In this document: positions 1 to 12,162 of the stretch, in pieces | How positions within the stretch are numbered: position 1 is the first letter of the stretch | Layout of the letters: every line of letters begins with the position of its first letter | Source: Coniocarpon cinnabarinum | Taxonomy: Eukaryota | Length of the DNA stretch: 64,000 nucleotides | Assembly: GCA_051942205.1 (NCBI GenBank) | Contig: JAVECO010000134.1 | Location: forward strand, 1-64,000 | Direction of reading: 5' to 3' | Notes under the pieces: generated by a model | Database searches by the model: none | What the model saw: only the letters and a program-made list of their open reading frames with translations | What the model was told of the DNA's origin: nothing | Program-made: the position numbers and the translations under genes

Positions 1-570
1 CTAGTAGTATAATAAGACCTTAACCTGCTAGATAGAAAGAATAAGGCTTCTATACTATAATAGCGCTAAAGTTATATATAGTCTTATTATTAAAAAGGCT
101 TTTATATGCTAGCTTCTACTTTTCTATATTATATTAGAGTATTAAGAAGGTCCTAGGTATCTGTATTATCTCTATTAGCTAGTATTCTATAGTTTAAGTC
201 TAATATATACTTATTTAACGTATAGATTATAGCGCTAGTTCTTAAATTCTATATATTAAGCTACCTAAGCTAGATAAGCCTAGCTATAATTAATATATTG
301 TAGCTTATTAGTGTAGTCTTTATATATGTAGCCTCTTTAACTATACTGTCTGTAGCACTCTTAGTTACTATATTAAGCTACTTTATGCCTAAACTAGTAG
401 TACTTTATATATCGTATTAGTACTGGCCGGCGCTTAAAGTAGTTAGCGTAGACTATAGAACCCCCTAGGCTTACCTCCGTTTTTTAGAATATAGCATTAC
501 ACGGCTTAATATCGTTAAACTATACTAAAATAGAGTAGTACTATTTATAGTCTTTCTGCTAGCTAAGTAG
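1..570. mobile_element. RIP-degraded AT-rich relic (probable repeat/transposon or duplicated gene remnant), running off the window edge
   Basis: Very high TpA (ctag/tata/tag) and near-absence of CpA/TpG. The minus-strand frame of ORF 571-816 continues into it as codon-like sequence peppered with TAA/TAG. No element family is recognisable. Confidence 0.75.
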
Positions 571-1094
571 CTAGATTGCTACTAGGCGGTATCCATTCTC
601 CTTACTAAAGTCTTCTTTAAGACTGTCTCTGATCTCACCGTTGTGTAAAATAAAGTCCTTTGGGACTCGGTCAAGCTTTATTGGGTGCCACTGGCGGCCG
701 GATACGCGGCCACCCTCGAAGTACCGGCGTTGACCGAAGTCATTAGGTATCCCACGGAAACATGATGTGCGGACCAAGGCGTGGTACCAGAAATCGTGGC
801 GCAAATACTGCAGCACGCATCTTACTTATTTTCTTCTATCTTTGAGACTCTGTTGAGACTTTCGTTTCTACGATTAACTTTTGGTGTGTACATGAGGTGT
901 TCTTCTACTCGCGCTATTTGAAAATGGAATTTTTCTGATAGAGGCGTATTTAGCACGCTTTCAAGATACCTGTATGCGCCATGATTCATGTGACCGTGAC
1001 AACAGTGCAGGCACGCCATCAGCCTTGTGGCGCGGCAATAATAAAATCTGTGCTCCTCCTCCTCCTTCTTCTCCTCGTTCAATCCATCAAACAC
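571..1094 (-). pseudogene. Partly degraded coding remnant of unknown family at the RIP boundary
   Basis: Two protein-like ORFs (822-1094, 571-816) in different frames, leading directly into the stop-riddled RIP zone. Confidence 0.4.
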
Positions 1095-1370
1095 AAGTTG
1101 TCCTACGCCTTCTGCTATGCGCTACATATAGGCGTACTAGATGCACTAGGCTTGAAATCAATGATTGAAACAATCACCAGGCTAGGAGGGTTGGGATCTT
1201 CGCATGAAGAAGCTGGAATCGATTCTGAGAGCTCCAGCTCTGTGCGGGTGAAATGGTCTGTGACAGATGCAGTCGATGTGAATAGTCGATGTGGTCTCGT
1301 GTACGCCGCGAGAATGTATTGAGGAAGGGCGCGTGGGTAGTAAGACTTTACGCAAAATAGCGGCATAGGT

Positions 1371-1658
1371 CAAAAGTCGTTGCCGGATCCCAGTCTTGCC
1401 GACGAGCCTGTAAGATAAAAATAACCATGTCTGTGAAGCTAAACCAGCAGACCGGCTAATGCCCTTTGCAACTCAGTAAATGCTGAGTTATAAGGTGGCA
1501 AGTACTATCATAGGAACCAAAGTCGCTGTCGGATCCCAGTCTGAGCAACGAGCCTGTACGATAACGATAATTTAGTTTATAAAGCTATTAGCAGACCGGC
1601 GAAAGCTCTTTATAATTCAGAACATGCTGAGTTATAATGCAGCAAGTGCCTTTCTAGG
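1371..1658. repeat. Degenerate tandem duplication, 2 x ~145 bp
   Basis: 1371-1514 and 1518-1658 share caaagtcg..ggatcccagtct..acgagcctgta.gataa..gcagaccggc..tgctgagttataa..gcaagt..tagg. Confidence 0.85.
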
Positions 1659-1799
1659 CTGAAGCTTTGGTGCATTGTGCCTTCCATCTTGAACTTGTCC
1701 TCACCGCCACATCCCATCTACGGGTCCATCGCCTCCAACGCTCCTCTTTTCCCTTGCCACATCTTCCCATCAACTGCAAATTCCACAACTTGTTGCAAC

Positions 1800-2733
1800 A
1801 TGCCCAAGACTACAAGCAAGGCCGCCCGCAAGGTCGTCTCTTCTCAGAACAACATGAGCCAACCACCCAAGAAGAAGCCGAGAACTGTCACGACAGTGCC
1901 ATCGCGCTCAAATGAGTTGAACAAGATGCTGGAATCAGCCATGTTCTCCGACTACACAATCAAGTGTCGCGATCGAGAGTTCAAGGTCCACCGTATCATC
2001 CTCGCATCCTACGGTGGCAACTTTTTCAACAATGCAGTCGCTGGCGGCATGAAAGAAGCCAACGACGGGATGCTGGACCTTTCCGAGGACGAACCAGAGG
2101 TCGTGTCCCTGTTGGTCGACTACCTTTACGACAAGCAACCGGAACTCGAAGTAAGTGTCACTGAGAGAAGTCTTCTCCAGACAGCGCCCCGACCGCGCTC
2201 ACAGGTTGACGTAAATATAGGACATGGATCAAGAGGAGACATTCGTGGCGCTATACGTCCTCGCCGACAAGTATGGAGTGCCCGGACTGCGTGACCACCT
2301 GAGGGGCCGCTTCGAGGAGTGGGCCGAGCATCTCCTCGACACGGACGGCGACGGAATTCTCAAGGGCCTTCTCGACCGCCTTGTGTCTCCCCCACCACAC
2401 CATCCGGCCCACTGCTACGACGAGATGATGCAGGCGGTCTGCAATATCCTCACCGAGGAGTATCGCGTCAAGGACACGCTTGAACTCGTGGAGCTGAGCA
2501 CCCGTGAGACCCTGCACAAGTATCCGCGCCTGGCAGCTGGCTTGGCCACCTCATTGGAGTCTCTTTTGCAGAAAGAAGAGTCGAAGATGGGAAACATCAC
2601 CGCTGTCATGTGTCGAAATGACAGCTGCCGTGGACATGGCCATCGTTGGACGTACAAGCATGGGCCGCGTGGTGGTGACCCCATTCACTGTATCTACTGT
2701 GGCAGCGCTGCGCAGGTGACCCGCTTTACCTAG
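1800..2733 (+). CDS. BTB/POZ domain protein (2 exons: 1800-2150, 2221-2733)
   Basis: FSDYTIKCRDREFKVHRIILAS...IDLSED-like MLDLSEDEPEVVSLLVDYLY and ALYVLADKYGVPGL motifs. Phase-0 intron gtaagt...ttgac...tag at 2151-2220 joins the two ORFs in frame. Confidence 0.85.
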
Positions 2734-3251
2734 GAGGATTATTATGCATGGGCTCGTTGCCAGCGGCTGCTATATGGCGAGGACTTTTCGGACAGCGAGC
2801 TATCAGAGGGCTGGTGAGTCCTCATGAATGATCAGATCTAGATAACGCAGAAGCCTCTATCATGTTACCGGTAGATAGCCCAAGATTTAATCAAGACGCA
2901 CAGCGGGCAAGACGTCGTATTACAGTATTTGCCCCACCACAATCCAGCGTCTACTGAGTTAGGAAGGGCCTTCGCCGCTCTACTCATGGCTTTGTGATCC
3001 AAATTGTTATCATCGGAAAGCCTCGTCGCCTAGACTGAGATCCGGCAACGACTTCTGTCCTTGGCCCTTGAACACTTAATGGAATGTGTCGATCGATCAT
3101 TCACTGTTTCGTCTATTCAGACACAATTTACTCGCCCGAAGCTACATGACAGCCTTCACAGTCCCCGCCCTGATCGTTCACTCGTTACATTTCTGCAACA
3201 CCTTCCAGCACCATCAGATACTACAGCGACCCTCCATAAATGTACTGTACT

Positions 3252-6200
3252 TCATTGACCCAGCTTGCTTCGCCGCCCCTTCGGTCCAGGACTTCCCTGT
3301 CGACTCCCTTGTCTACTGCCATTCCGACTTCCACCAGCCGTCTTAACAACGTGACTAGCAGCTGCCCTCAACAAGTCACTGCTGGCTCTGCCTCCAGGAT
3401 TGCTCGACTGCCGACCCATCGCAACACCGCCTTGTCCACTGAGCTGTCGTCCCATCGCCACGCCACCTTGCCCGCTCAACTGCCGTCCCATGGCAACACC
3501 GCCCTGTGCCATCCTCGCTCCCTCACGCCCACCCGGCTGCGCACTCGCGGCTCTCGACCCAGGCTGAGCTGACCCCGCTCGTCTCGTATGCAGCCCCATT
3601 CCCACGCGCTCTTTCAGGTCCTCATTCTCTCGTGCGAGCCGCTCCGTTGAAGCATGCAATGCGTCGTTCTCGGCGTCTCGGTCTTTCAGTTGCCTCCGTA
3701 ATTTTGCAATCTCATTCTGCATTCGGTACGCAGACTCGGCGTTGCTCTCCCGCTTGAGCGCTACTCTTTCCGTAGCCTCCGCAGCTTCAAGGCGCGGTCG
3801 TAATCTTTCCAGTTCCTTGGCAAAGGCGTCGCGCTCATATGTGTTCTCTGTAGCGGCGTTGGAAGCTTCTTGGTACAAGTCGCGGATGTAAGCAAGGTCC
3901 TTGTCTTTGCTCGTCAGTTTCTTCTTGAGTACCTCGACTTCGCGCGCAGTCTCTCGAAGCTGGCCCAGTTCCGCAACGTCGGGGTCCGATGAACCTGCAA
4001 GTGTTGATTCAAGCTGCGTGATGCGCTGACGTTGCTCACGGATTTGTTGTCTCTGAGCGATGTTGGCCTCGTTGAGGGTGGCGGATGTCAGCTGCAAGGC
4101 TTCAAAGTCACGAGCGATGTTCTTGAGTTCCTTATTCTCAGTATACAAAGCAATCTGCTGGGGTCGATAGACGTCCACGGCGCGCTGAAGAGTCAGATTT
4201 TCGGCGCGAAGGTTGGCGAGGCGGGTCTGAAGGTTTTCGATACGGTCTCGGAGGGAGGCATGATGGGAAGATGTTGGTGAGTCAGTCTTATCTGTGTGCT
4301 TGTTCGCTGAGTCAGTGACCCGGGTCGAGTCATCCTCGGTCGTAGCCAGAGTCATCTCTGGAGGATTTGGAGAAGGCGATGCGCGCTGGCGCTTTGCATG
4401 TTGGGGATTTTGACCGATTGGAGACGAGTCGGGCGCGGATCGTTTCTTTGTCTTGATCGGTGCAACGCTTGAAGATCCCTGCGTTTGGTCGCTGTCTATC
4501 AGACCCTGAGATGAAGGCCCTTCAAGACTCGGAATCTGGATTTGACTAATAGAGGGAACATAGAATGGTCGAGTGGGAGCATGCATAGCTTCAGCGAGAT
4601 GCTTCGCTGTTGCTGCAGGATCTGCGATATGCTTCGAATTCTGACCGGCTTGGGCACGCTGCTGACATGCACAGAGAAGCAGTGACTGAAGACTCTCCAG
4701 GGTGTCTGTTGAAGCTTCGTTCTCGCGTATCATATGTTCCATCGATAATGGCACACAGAGGCCGATGATGGGCGTACTTGGCATTTCTGGATTGGTTCGC
4801 TGTCTTCGTAGTCTTTGCAGGTCGGGGTCGGAAAGTCTGAATGTCTCATCAAGGCCAACAATAAGATCGAGATTGTCAATAGTGAATTCAGACAAGTGTT
4901 CTGTACTCTGCAAGTAGACTGTGACGGGACTGTCCTTCTCTGCGCTCTTTTCAAGTAAGGGACACTGATATGTTACGTCGCTTCCATGTAGAAAATCTTT
5001 CACATATTTCAATGGCAGACCTGGCTTGACACAAATGAGAATCGTTCGCTGTACATGTAGAGCCGTAATTATTTCAAACAGCGAGGACAGGAAACGAAAT
5101 TTTGAGCTGACTGTTACCGACCACTGCGCTAATTGTTTGGGACCATATCCACCTTGTGAGAGTTGCGTAAAAGGTTGCTCCCCTATCAAGTCCTGATGGA
5201 GGGTAAAATCGGAGAGCACCGCAGAAAGTGCTTTCGCGTGTTGTTTCTGGTCCTCGGTTACTTGCTCAGGGGCTGTGGAAACGAACTTCTCGAGGAAATC
5301 TCTCTCGTACTCAAACTGATTCTTATAATGTACCAGAGGCATCTTAAAGAGCGGGAGCGGTATGATGGTCTGGACATCCTGCTCTTTGAACGGTGGATAA
5401 TCTGGCAGCTGGGGGGAACTTGCACGACTTCGTTGGCCACGCGACGTGGGCGCTGGAGACTGCCGTCTTGACGAAGGATGCGGTCGTGTAAGTAAAGCAG
5501 ATTTTTCAGCTGGCGTACCGGAGGATGTACCACGGTTGACGAATATGCCAGGAGGAGTCGAGGTGTGATTGAGTGAAGGCGATGAGGTGCAAGCGTCTCC
5601 CCTTCCTTGCATCTTCGTTGAGCTATGTGAAATACAAGCGCTTTTACCGAGGCTCGAGCACTTGCTGCTGCAGTCGAGAATTAGACTCGAGGCACTGATT
5701 CGCTCCTGGGACAGAGTGTTTCCAGAGAGCTCAGTGAGCGATAATTGTGCACTCTCGTTTTGAGTTTGGATATCAACGTGCGAGGGAGGTTCGGGTATGG
5801 AGCTGGTCGCCGGTGTCTCGATATAAAGATCCCGGATTGTTTCACCAAGGGTGGATCGTGTCGCTGGGCCTTCGAGTGGAAGTGCAAAGTCTTTTGAGCT
5901 TACAGAATTGTCCTGTGTAGCAGAGTGCAAGATATATGCAACGTCTTCGGGTTTCTTAGTCTCCTTTTGGTCACCCCCCTGCGCAACAATGTCCACAAAA
6001 GGCTTTGAGCGCACTGGCTCTTTGTCGTACCCAGTAGGATTCCTAAGAGATATGAGACTTCCCTCGAAGTTGGGTAAATCGTCCTCAAAAGTACCGTCGA
6101 GATTTTCAGGGGACTTATCTTGGACCTCGCCCGGACGTCGTCTTTGGCTTTTTTGCAAGCTGTCACGTGACGACTCCAGAATTGGCCTGTCAGATGGGCT

Positions 6201-7256
6201 TTCGCGAATGCCAAGTTGCCCTTGCTTCCCAAGGCAAGAATCTTCGACGTCACGAAACGGAGAAGACTGCGTAGCTTTTGACGGGTTAGGGCCGCTAGAC
6301 AGCGAAATCTGTGAGTCTGGCGCTTGCGAGATTGCGCTATGCAGATCGTCAGTGGCAGCAGACTCTTTATAGCTTTGCGAATCTGGTATTATGGTGCGTT
6401 TGTTGAGATCAGCGCTGGAGCCGTATTGGGAGCTTTTCTCTTTCAGTGGCTGACGATGCCTAGATGACCAAATATTTCGAGCTACAGCTGACGCGTTTGA
6501 CGTCCCTCTTTGCGTCGAACCTGACGAGGATGAAGAAGGGTGTCTTTGCTGATTGCTTTGAATGTAAATATCAATCCAGACACTGACTCGACATGGAGAC
6601 TTTGGAGGAGAGGCAGCTTCGATATAAACGGACGGTGAACTCTGAACTTGTGCTACAGCGTTGTTAGACTGACTGTGGCTGGAGAGGTAAGTTGAAGATG
6701 CTCTCTCGCTTTGTTCTACCCGAGATGAAGGTAGTCGACCTGAATTCGCGCTCTGATCCCGCTTTGCAGAGACAGGGCTGTGCAGACGTCGATGCTTTTC
6801 CGGCGCAGTACCTTCTCCTTCCGAGGAATCACTGGGATCGATCACGTAATACTTCCGCTTCGGAGCACGTTGTGCGTCTTTCCAAAGGTGACCAGCATCA
6901 GCATCGCGTCATAATGCCGCCAAGAGCCTTCCAAAACACTTACGGTGCTGTTCTTCCCTAGCGTTTTTACTTTGTCCAGGATGCGCGTTCCTCCAATCTA
7001 CCCACTCCGCCTCAAGCTCTGCATTGGCTCCGGATGCCTTGATCTAGAGATCGTGAGCCTATCTAGCGCACCTCTATCGTATTGTTGACGTACAACTTGG
7101 GACAGGACTTACCCACTCGTTTTCGTACCGTCTCCCGGTATTTGGGTCTCGACAAGCCCACCTCACCAAGTATCGCTTGTTTTGACCGCGACCCTGTTGC
7201 TCCAAGATGCAATCTGCTGGAAAGTCGTTTTCAGGATCGTTCGGTACGATCGGCAA
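3252..7256 (-). CDS. Chromodomain-like N-terminus + HDA1-complex subunit 2/3-like domain + coiled coil; start codon uncertain
   Basis: Exon with FPADCILEQ...RYLVRWACRDPNTGRRYENEW (chromo-like) spliced via introns at ~7044-7112 and ~6879-6942 to the 1197-aa ORF. That ORF has SSKFRFLSSLFE/ILICVKPG/LDLIVGLDETF/PIIGLCVPLSMEH (HDA2-3-like) and a long heptad region. Confidence 0.7.
3416..3505 (-). repeat. Coding 36-bp tandem repeat, GGVAMGRQ(LSGQ) x3
   Basis: Visible in the C-terminal tail of ORF 3252-6845. Confidence 0.8.
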
Positions 7257-8462
7257 ATGCTGGTCGGTCTCCAGTTTGATAAACGGGTCGAAGTTGGCTC
7301 AGATAGTGTTCTGATCCGTGTACTGTCAGCTCGTTTCTGGGCCTTCTCGCTGCCAGACGGTTCGCAAATATGAGACTGCACGTCTCCGTTAAGCCTACAT
7401 GTCTAGGCGCTAGCTTCGTTGAGCGAGCGAGCATGCAATGCGCCACAAATGCTAATCTTTCATTTCTATTGATCTCTGGATACGGGTCCGACAAACTTAC
7501 CCAACAGTGTAGTGCATAAGTGGAGTGCACTCTGTACGACCACAAGTGTTGACTTGGCCTAAAGCCGTGCGTGTATGCGCGTGGCCAACTTACGAATGCG
7601 TCGATTGTATGAATAGCCCTGGCGCTCGTCGCCTTCCTATAGAAGCAATTCTTACCCGCCTGTCAATATTGACTCCTGTATCCTGTGCCAGGTACTTATT
7701 TGATCCCATGTCTCCTGCATACATGGAAGTCATAAGAATCTCGTGCAGTGGTATGAAGGGGCTCTACGACTAAAGCACTCGCATTGAAACGGACCCATCT
7801 TCGCTTCGCGCAAGAAGCAGTAAATCGCCATCGACTGCAGCATGACTAGCGAAGCACATCGATTTTCCAAAATCAAAAGACTAAAGTAAAAAAGCCACTG
7901 AAGACCGCTAACTGACATTAATTTCTTCAAAATAGCAGTATTGCTTTAATGTTCGCATGCGCATAAAGAGCAATCCCATAGACAGCTTTACCAACCAACG
8001 TCTTCAGAACCGTACGCGCAGAAATTACTACGTAAGCATAACAATGTCAAGCCAATGAACGGCGAAACAGTATGCGCATGGCTCTTGATAGGGCTCAAGC
8101 AGAGATCTGTGGCACTAGCCTGACTGATGTTAGAGAAACTCAATGTTTGCGCAAGAAGCTTCAATGGATCAGTGAGGCAGCTTGCCGCATGACAGGTGCC
8201 AGCAGCTCAGGATCTGGAAAGGGCTACGGAGCTTTCATTGCGATTTATTAGATAGTCATGACCCACCTGATCGATACAGCTTCAATGATACGATCCTTTC
8301 GGTTCGAAATGTGGAGTTTGGATAGCATCCACTGAGCAGGGACTCTGGCATGCGTCGCGAACGTAGCTCTATCAAATCTGTTTCTGGCAAGGCATGTCTT
8401 AATTCTGATACTTGTACAAGTTCTTCATCGTATCATCGTGTATAGTGTTTGTGCGAGAAGGA

Positions 8463-9026
8463 TTACTGTTGCGGCATCGCATAGTTCTTCGTCCACTTCT
8501 TCGCTTCTGATATTGCCTCGGGCTCGTTCGTCTTCCAGTGTTGCGCGACGTCATTTGCAAGAGGGTCATCGGGATTTGGAGCTCCTAGCAATGCTTGGAT
8601 GGACAGCAGAATGGTGCGAATTTGAAGGGCAGGTGACCAGTTGCCTATATCAGTGTGAGCGGCAGTGTTCTGTCTAGGGTCTGGATGACTCACTCTTGAG
8701 TACGTCCAGGCATATGCGACCCAATTTATCAATGTTTGGATGGTATATTTTTGTCAGAAAGCGGATCTTTGGCGGGGTCATGGGATAGTCGTCCGGCAAG
8801 AAGAGCTCAAGATTGAAGACACCGCCTGATTCAATGAGCAAAAAGCGCACGTGTCAAGAACGAGTAGCAGCCAACCTTCATATGGTGATTGACTGGGACC
8901 GTCAATGGTCACTTCGAAGTATCTAAGATTGTCCTTATGAGGCACCGCAGATATGCCCGGAACCGGCTCTGATTGTAACCTTTCCGTCTCCTTGAGGATG
9001 CGTTTGGGAAGGGCGGCAGATGCCAT
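8463..9026 (-). CDS. UBC13: Ubiquitin-conjugating enzyme E2 Ubc13 (3 exons)
   Basis: [12 protein letters not shown]...[20 protein letters not shown] / [43 protein letters not shown] / [28 protein letters not shown]. Confidence 0.95.
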
Positions 9027-9489
9027 GGTGTTTGTAGAGGCTGTTAGGAGCGTTCGAAGCTCCAGTGGTTGCGCGTTGAATCTGAGCCGAAGCGGGATAA
9101 TCGAGGGAAGAAGCGAACACTAGAACCTAGATATTAAGGCATCTCATGATGACTCCGCCCAAGATCTCACTGCACTATGAAAAGATACTCCCTACTGTCA
9201 CTTTGTTGCCAGATTATCCCCAGTTTCAAACTGATCAGAGGTGTTGTCTCACCTGCATACCTCTATCGCATCCTTTGAAGTCTCGTAGACTCGATGTCTT
9301 CGGTGTGTCTGCGGACTCAGGTGACAAATGTGTCTCAGAACCTGTGCTTCGGTCCTTGACTAGCAATGGCTAGCTTTGCAATTGTCCTGATTTCGATTTG
9401 GCGCTCTCTGGGTTCTCCACCTTACTGTTGAGGTCGTTGCGAGGCTCATTGATTATGATGACGGCCCTTGCTCCTGATCTTCGGCCGGA

Positions 9490-12162
9490 ATGGAGACTGC
9501 ATGGGGCAACGTGTCACGTGCCATCGCGGGATCGCTATCATCTGAGGGAAGAGCCCTAGCTTTGCTGTCAGTGCACGAAATACGGATTTTCGATATTGAG
9601 GCAACTCCTCAGCAGTCTTTGGAGCTGGTCATAGGTGGTTTCAGCCAGGGAACCACCATCCAGTGGCATAGATCTCTCCAGAGATCTTCGACTCTCGTCT
9701 CAGTGTCGGGTTCACGCGTCTTGATACACGATGCCCAGTCTCATTCAGTTCCACCGATGCTGCTCAAAAGTCATGAGCGTGCTGTTGCGGATATCGACAG
9801 CTCGGAAATTGCGCCAGACAGCATTGTCTCGTCCAGTCTTGATGGCGTAATTAATTTATGGGACGTACGCAGTCCCTCTCGACCATCTGAGAGGCTTTTC
9901 GTAGACGGCGAAAGCGTCCGAAATGTAATATTGTCCCCCTGCGATGCCCATCTCTTGGTCTCTGCGCATGGTGGTCGTTGGTGTGCGTGGGATCTGCGGA
10001 AACCATCTCATCCCATCAAGTTTGTCAACGCGCACGGACACACAATCAGAGATATCCACTGGCATCCACACAACAGACATCGAATTGTGACATGCTCTTC
10101 CGATGGCACGATGAAGTTCTGGAACTTCACGCCAGGTTCCAATCGAAACGCAGACACTGACGCAGAAGTTTTCTTGGAGAGAACTGTACAAACACATGAC
10201 GAAATCAGGTATTTTCAGCAAATACCGAACACTGAGGTCTTTGTGACATATGGAGACCAGATTTGTCTTTTTTATTGTCACATTCGGAGTGTAAGCGACC
10301 GCAAACTTGTTGTGAACCCTTCTGCAACTTGGGCGCTGAAGCGCTCCAAACCAGTCGGACTTGCTGAAAGACGATCAAGTTGGCGCTGTTGGGCATTATC
10401 TGATGGACATTTGCATACCTTCTCGACTCAGTTTGATAAGAAGAGCTCACCGAGAACGAATGAGCATGCTGCCGGTACCAAGGAAGTGAACTATGACGAT
10501 CCGGACATCAGTGTTGGCAAGACACTCCGCGTTGATCTTCAGCTTGACACTTCCTACCGTAAACTTACGCCATATCGAAGCCTTTTGCATGGGTCTGTGC
10601 GTGATACGACAAGCTTGGCAGAGGAGACAGGTGTCGAGAACATACAATTGCAGGGGTCGAGGCCAGCAGTTGCCCCTGTACATACCGAGTGCGTGTTGAA
10701 AACGCAAGTCTGCAGACAAAACTGACATTTATGAACAGACCTTTCCATCGAGCTCCGCCCATGCTAACTGATGCTGATGACGATGACGATGACCTTGCTG
10801 TCATCGCTGGCGAAGGCTTCGCAGACACAGTTGCCCCGGAAGATCCGGTACCTTCATATTCAGCCCGATTATGCGGCGCCAGCTTCGCCCCCAGTGGCCT
10901 GCTTGTGAGATTTGATGTCTCTTTCCCAAAGAAGTTGGATAGCAAAAGCGGGCCTTGTTACGCGAACTTTCGAGGGGTGAGCGACTACTTGTCACTGCAG
11001 ACATTTGGGGAACGTTTAGGATACGATGATATCATTCCGTTCGACACAGCCAAACCCCTATCAGCCCATCTTGACCGATTTCCAGCCATGAGTGACCCTC
11101 CCAATATGACAAGCTCAACCGAAAACCGACCAGCTTTAGAACACTGCCGAAAGTCTTCAGCGGTGTTCCTTAATGGTGTAGAAGACATTCTACAAGCCAG
11201 TCAAGATCTTGCTAAAAGGTATTCTATGAGTGGGTCACCCCATGAAATATGTATTCATAACCGAAAAGTTTGTGACCAGCTCGGGCTTGAACAACATGTC
11301 CAGGCTTGGGTAAGTCCTGTCTCGGTCACTGACATCACTGGGAGTGTGGCTGACAATAGACCAAAAGCATTATGCAGCGCTTCTACTCAAGCCAATCGTG
11401 CCCTTGAAGCGCTCAACAGTTGGTGCAGACCACTATGTTGAAGCGAAACGCAATTTGGTGGAGATCAAGCGTCGCGATAGACGTGGCAAAATTGTCGGAA
11501 CCGACACTGCCTTTGATGAACCTCGAGAAGTTACGGAACCCTCAAGACGTGCTCCGGTTGTCTGGGTCCATCACCCCTTTGGCCGCGCACTTGCAAGAAA
11601 GCTGCTACGTTTGTACCAAGAGCGAGGAGACGTTCAAATGTTGGCGATGCTAGTCACGGTGTTTGCACTTCATTGCCCAGAACACACAACCGTTGAGCAG
11701 CGACAAGAGGTGGAGGCTGGACGTGCAAAAGTCAAGTTCAAGAACTTGGATAAATTTGGCACGAGCCGTATCGGCCGCAGCCATAGAACTCTTCTCTACG
11801 GCATCATGGACCCGAATGCCATTGCGCTATGGCGGCAGAATTATGCAGAGCAGCTCTATGCATGGGGTCTGCACCTTGAGCGAAGTGAAATGTTAAGAGC
11901 CGTCACGTCTTTGCCGAGTGCTGCGGCAAATGAAGAATTATCAACGGTGTCTGTTGACCTTACCGTGAGCCGGGCGAGAGGAGCGAAGCCTATTTGTAGC
12001 ATTTGCTATGAGCTTGTGCAAGGCTATTGCACATCCCGCAGCAGCTGTGGACAAACGTGTCACGCTACCTGCATGGAGGCCATGGCTCAGACAGAACCAC
12101 GAAGAGACATCGCCTACGCAATGGGTTGTAACTGCGACTGCACTGATGACGACGTCCCGTAG
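9490..12162 (+). CDS. WD40 + C-terminal RING protein, WDR59/Sea3(Mtc5)-like GATOR2/SEACAT subunit (introns 10689-10738, 11310-11359; 5' end uncertain)
   Basis: WD repeats (LWDVR, AWDLR, AHGHTIRDIHWH...TCSSDGTMKFWN), LCGASFAPSGLLV, ICIHNRKVC, WVHHPFGR...GDVQMLAML, YAEQLYAWGL...RSEML and C-terminal CSIC...CGQTCH..C...CNCDC. Confidence 0.75.

Noticed and set aside
4032..6372. Plus-strand ORFs opposite the 1197-aa ORF (and similar antisense ORFs over Trm44, lipase, CAF-1, DLH)
   Set aside because: Antisense shadows of real coding sequence.
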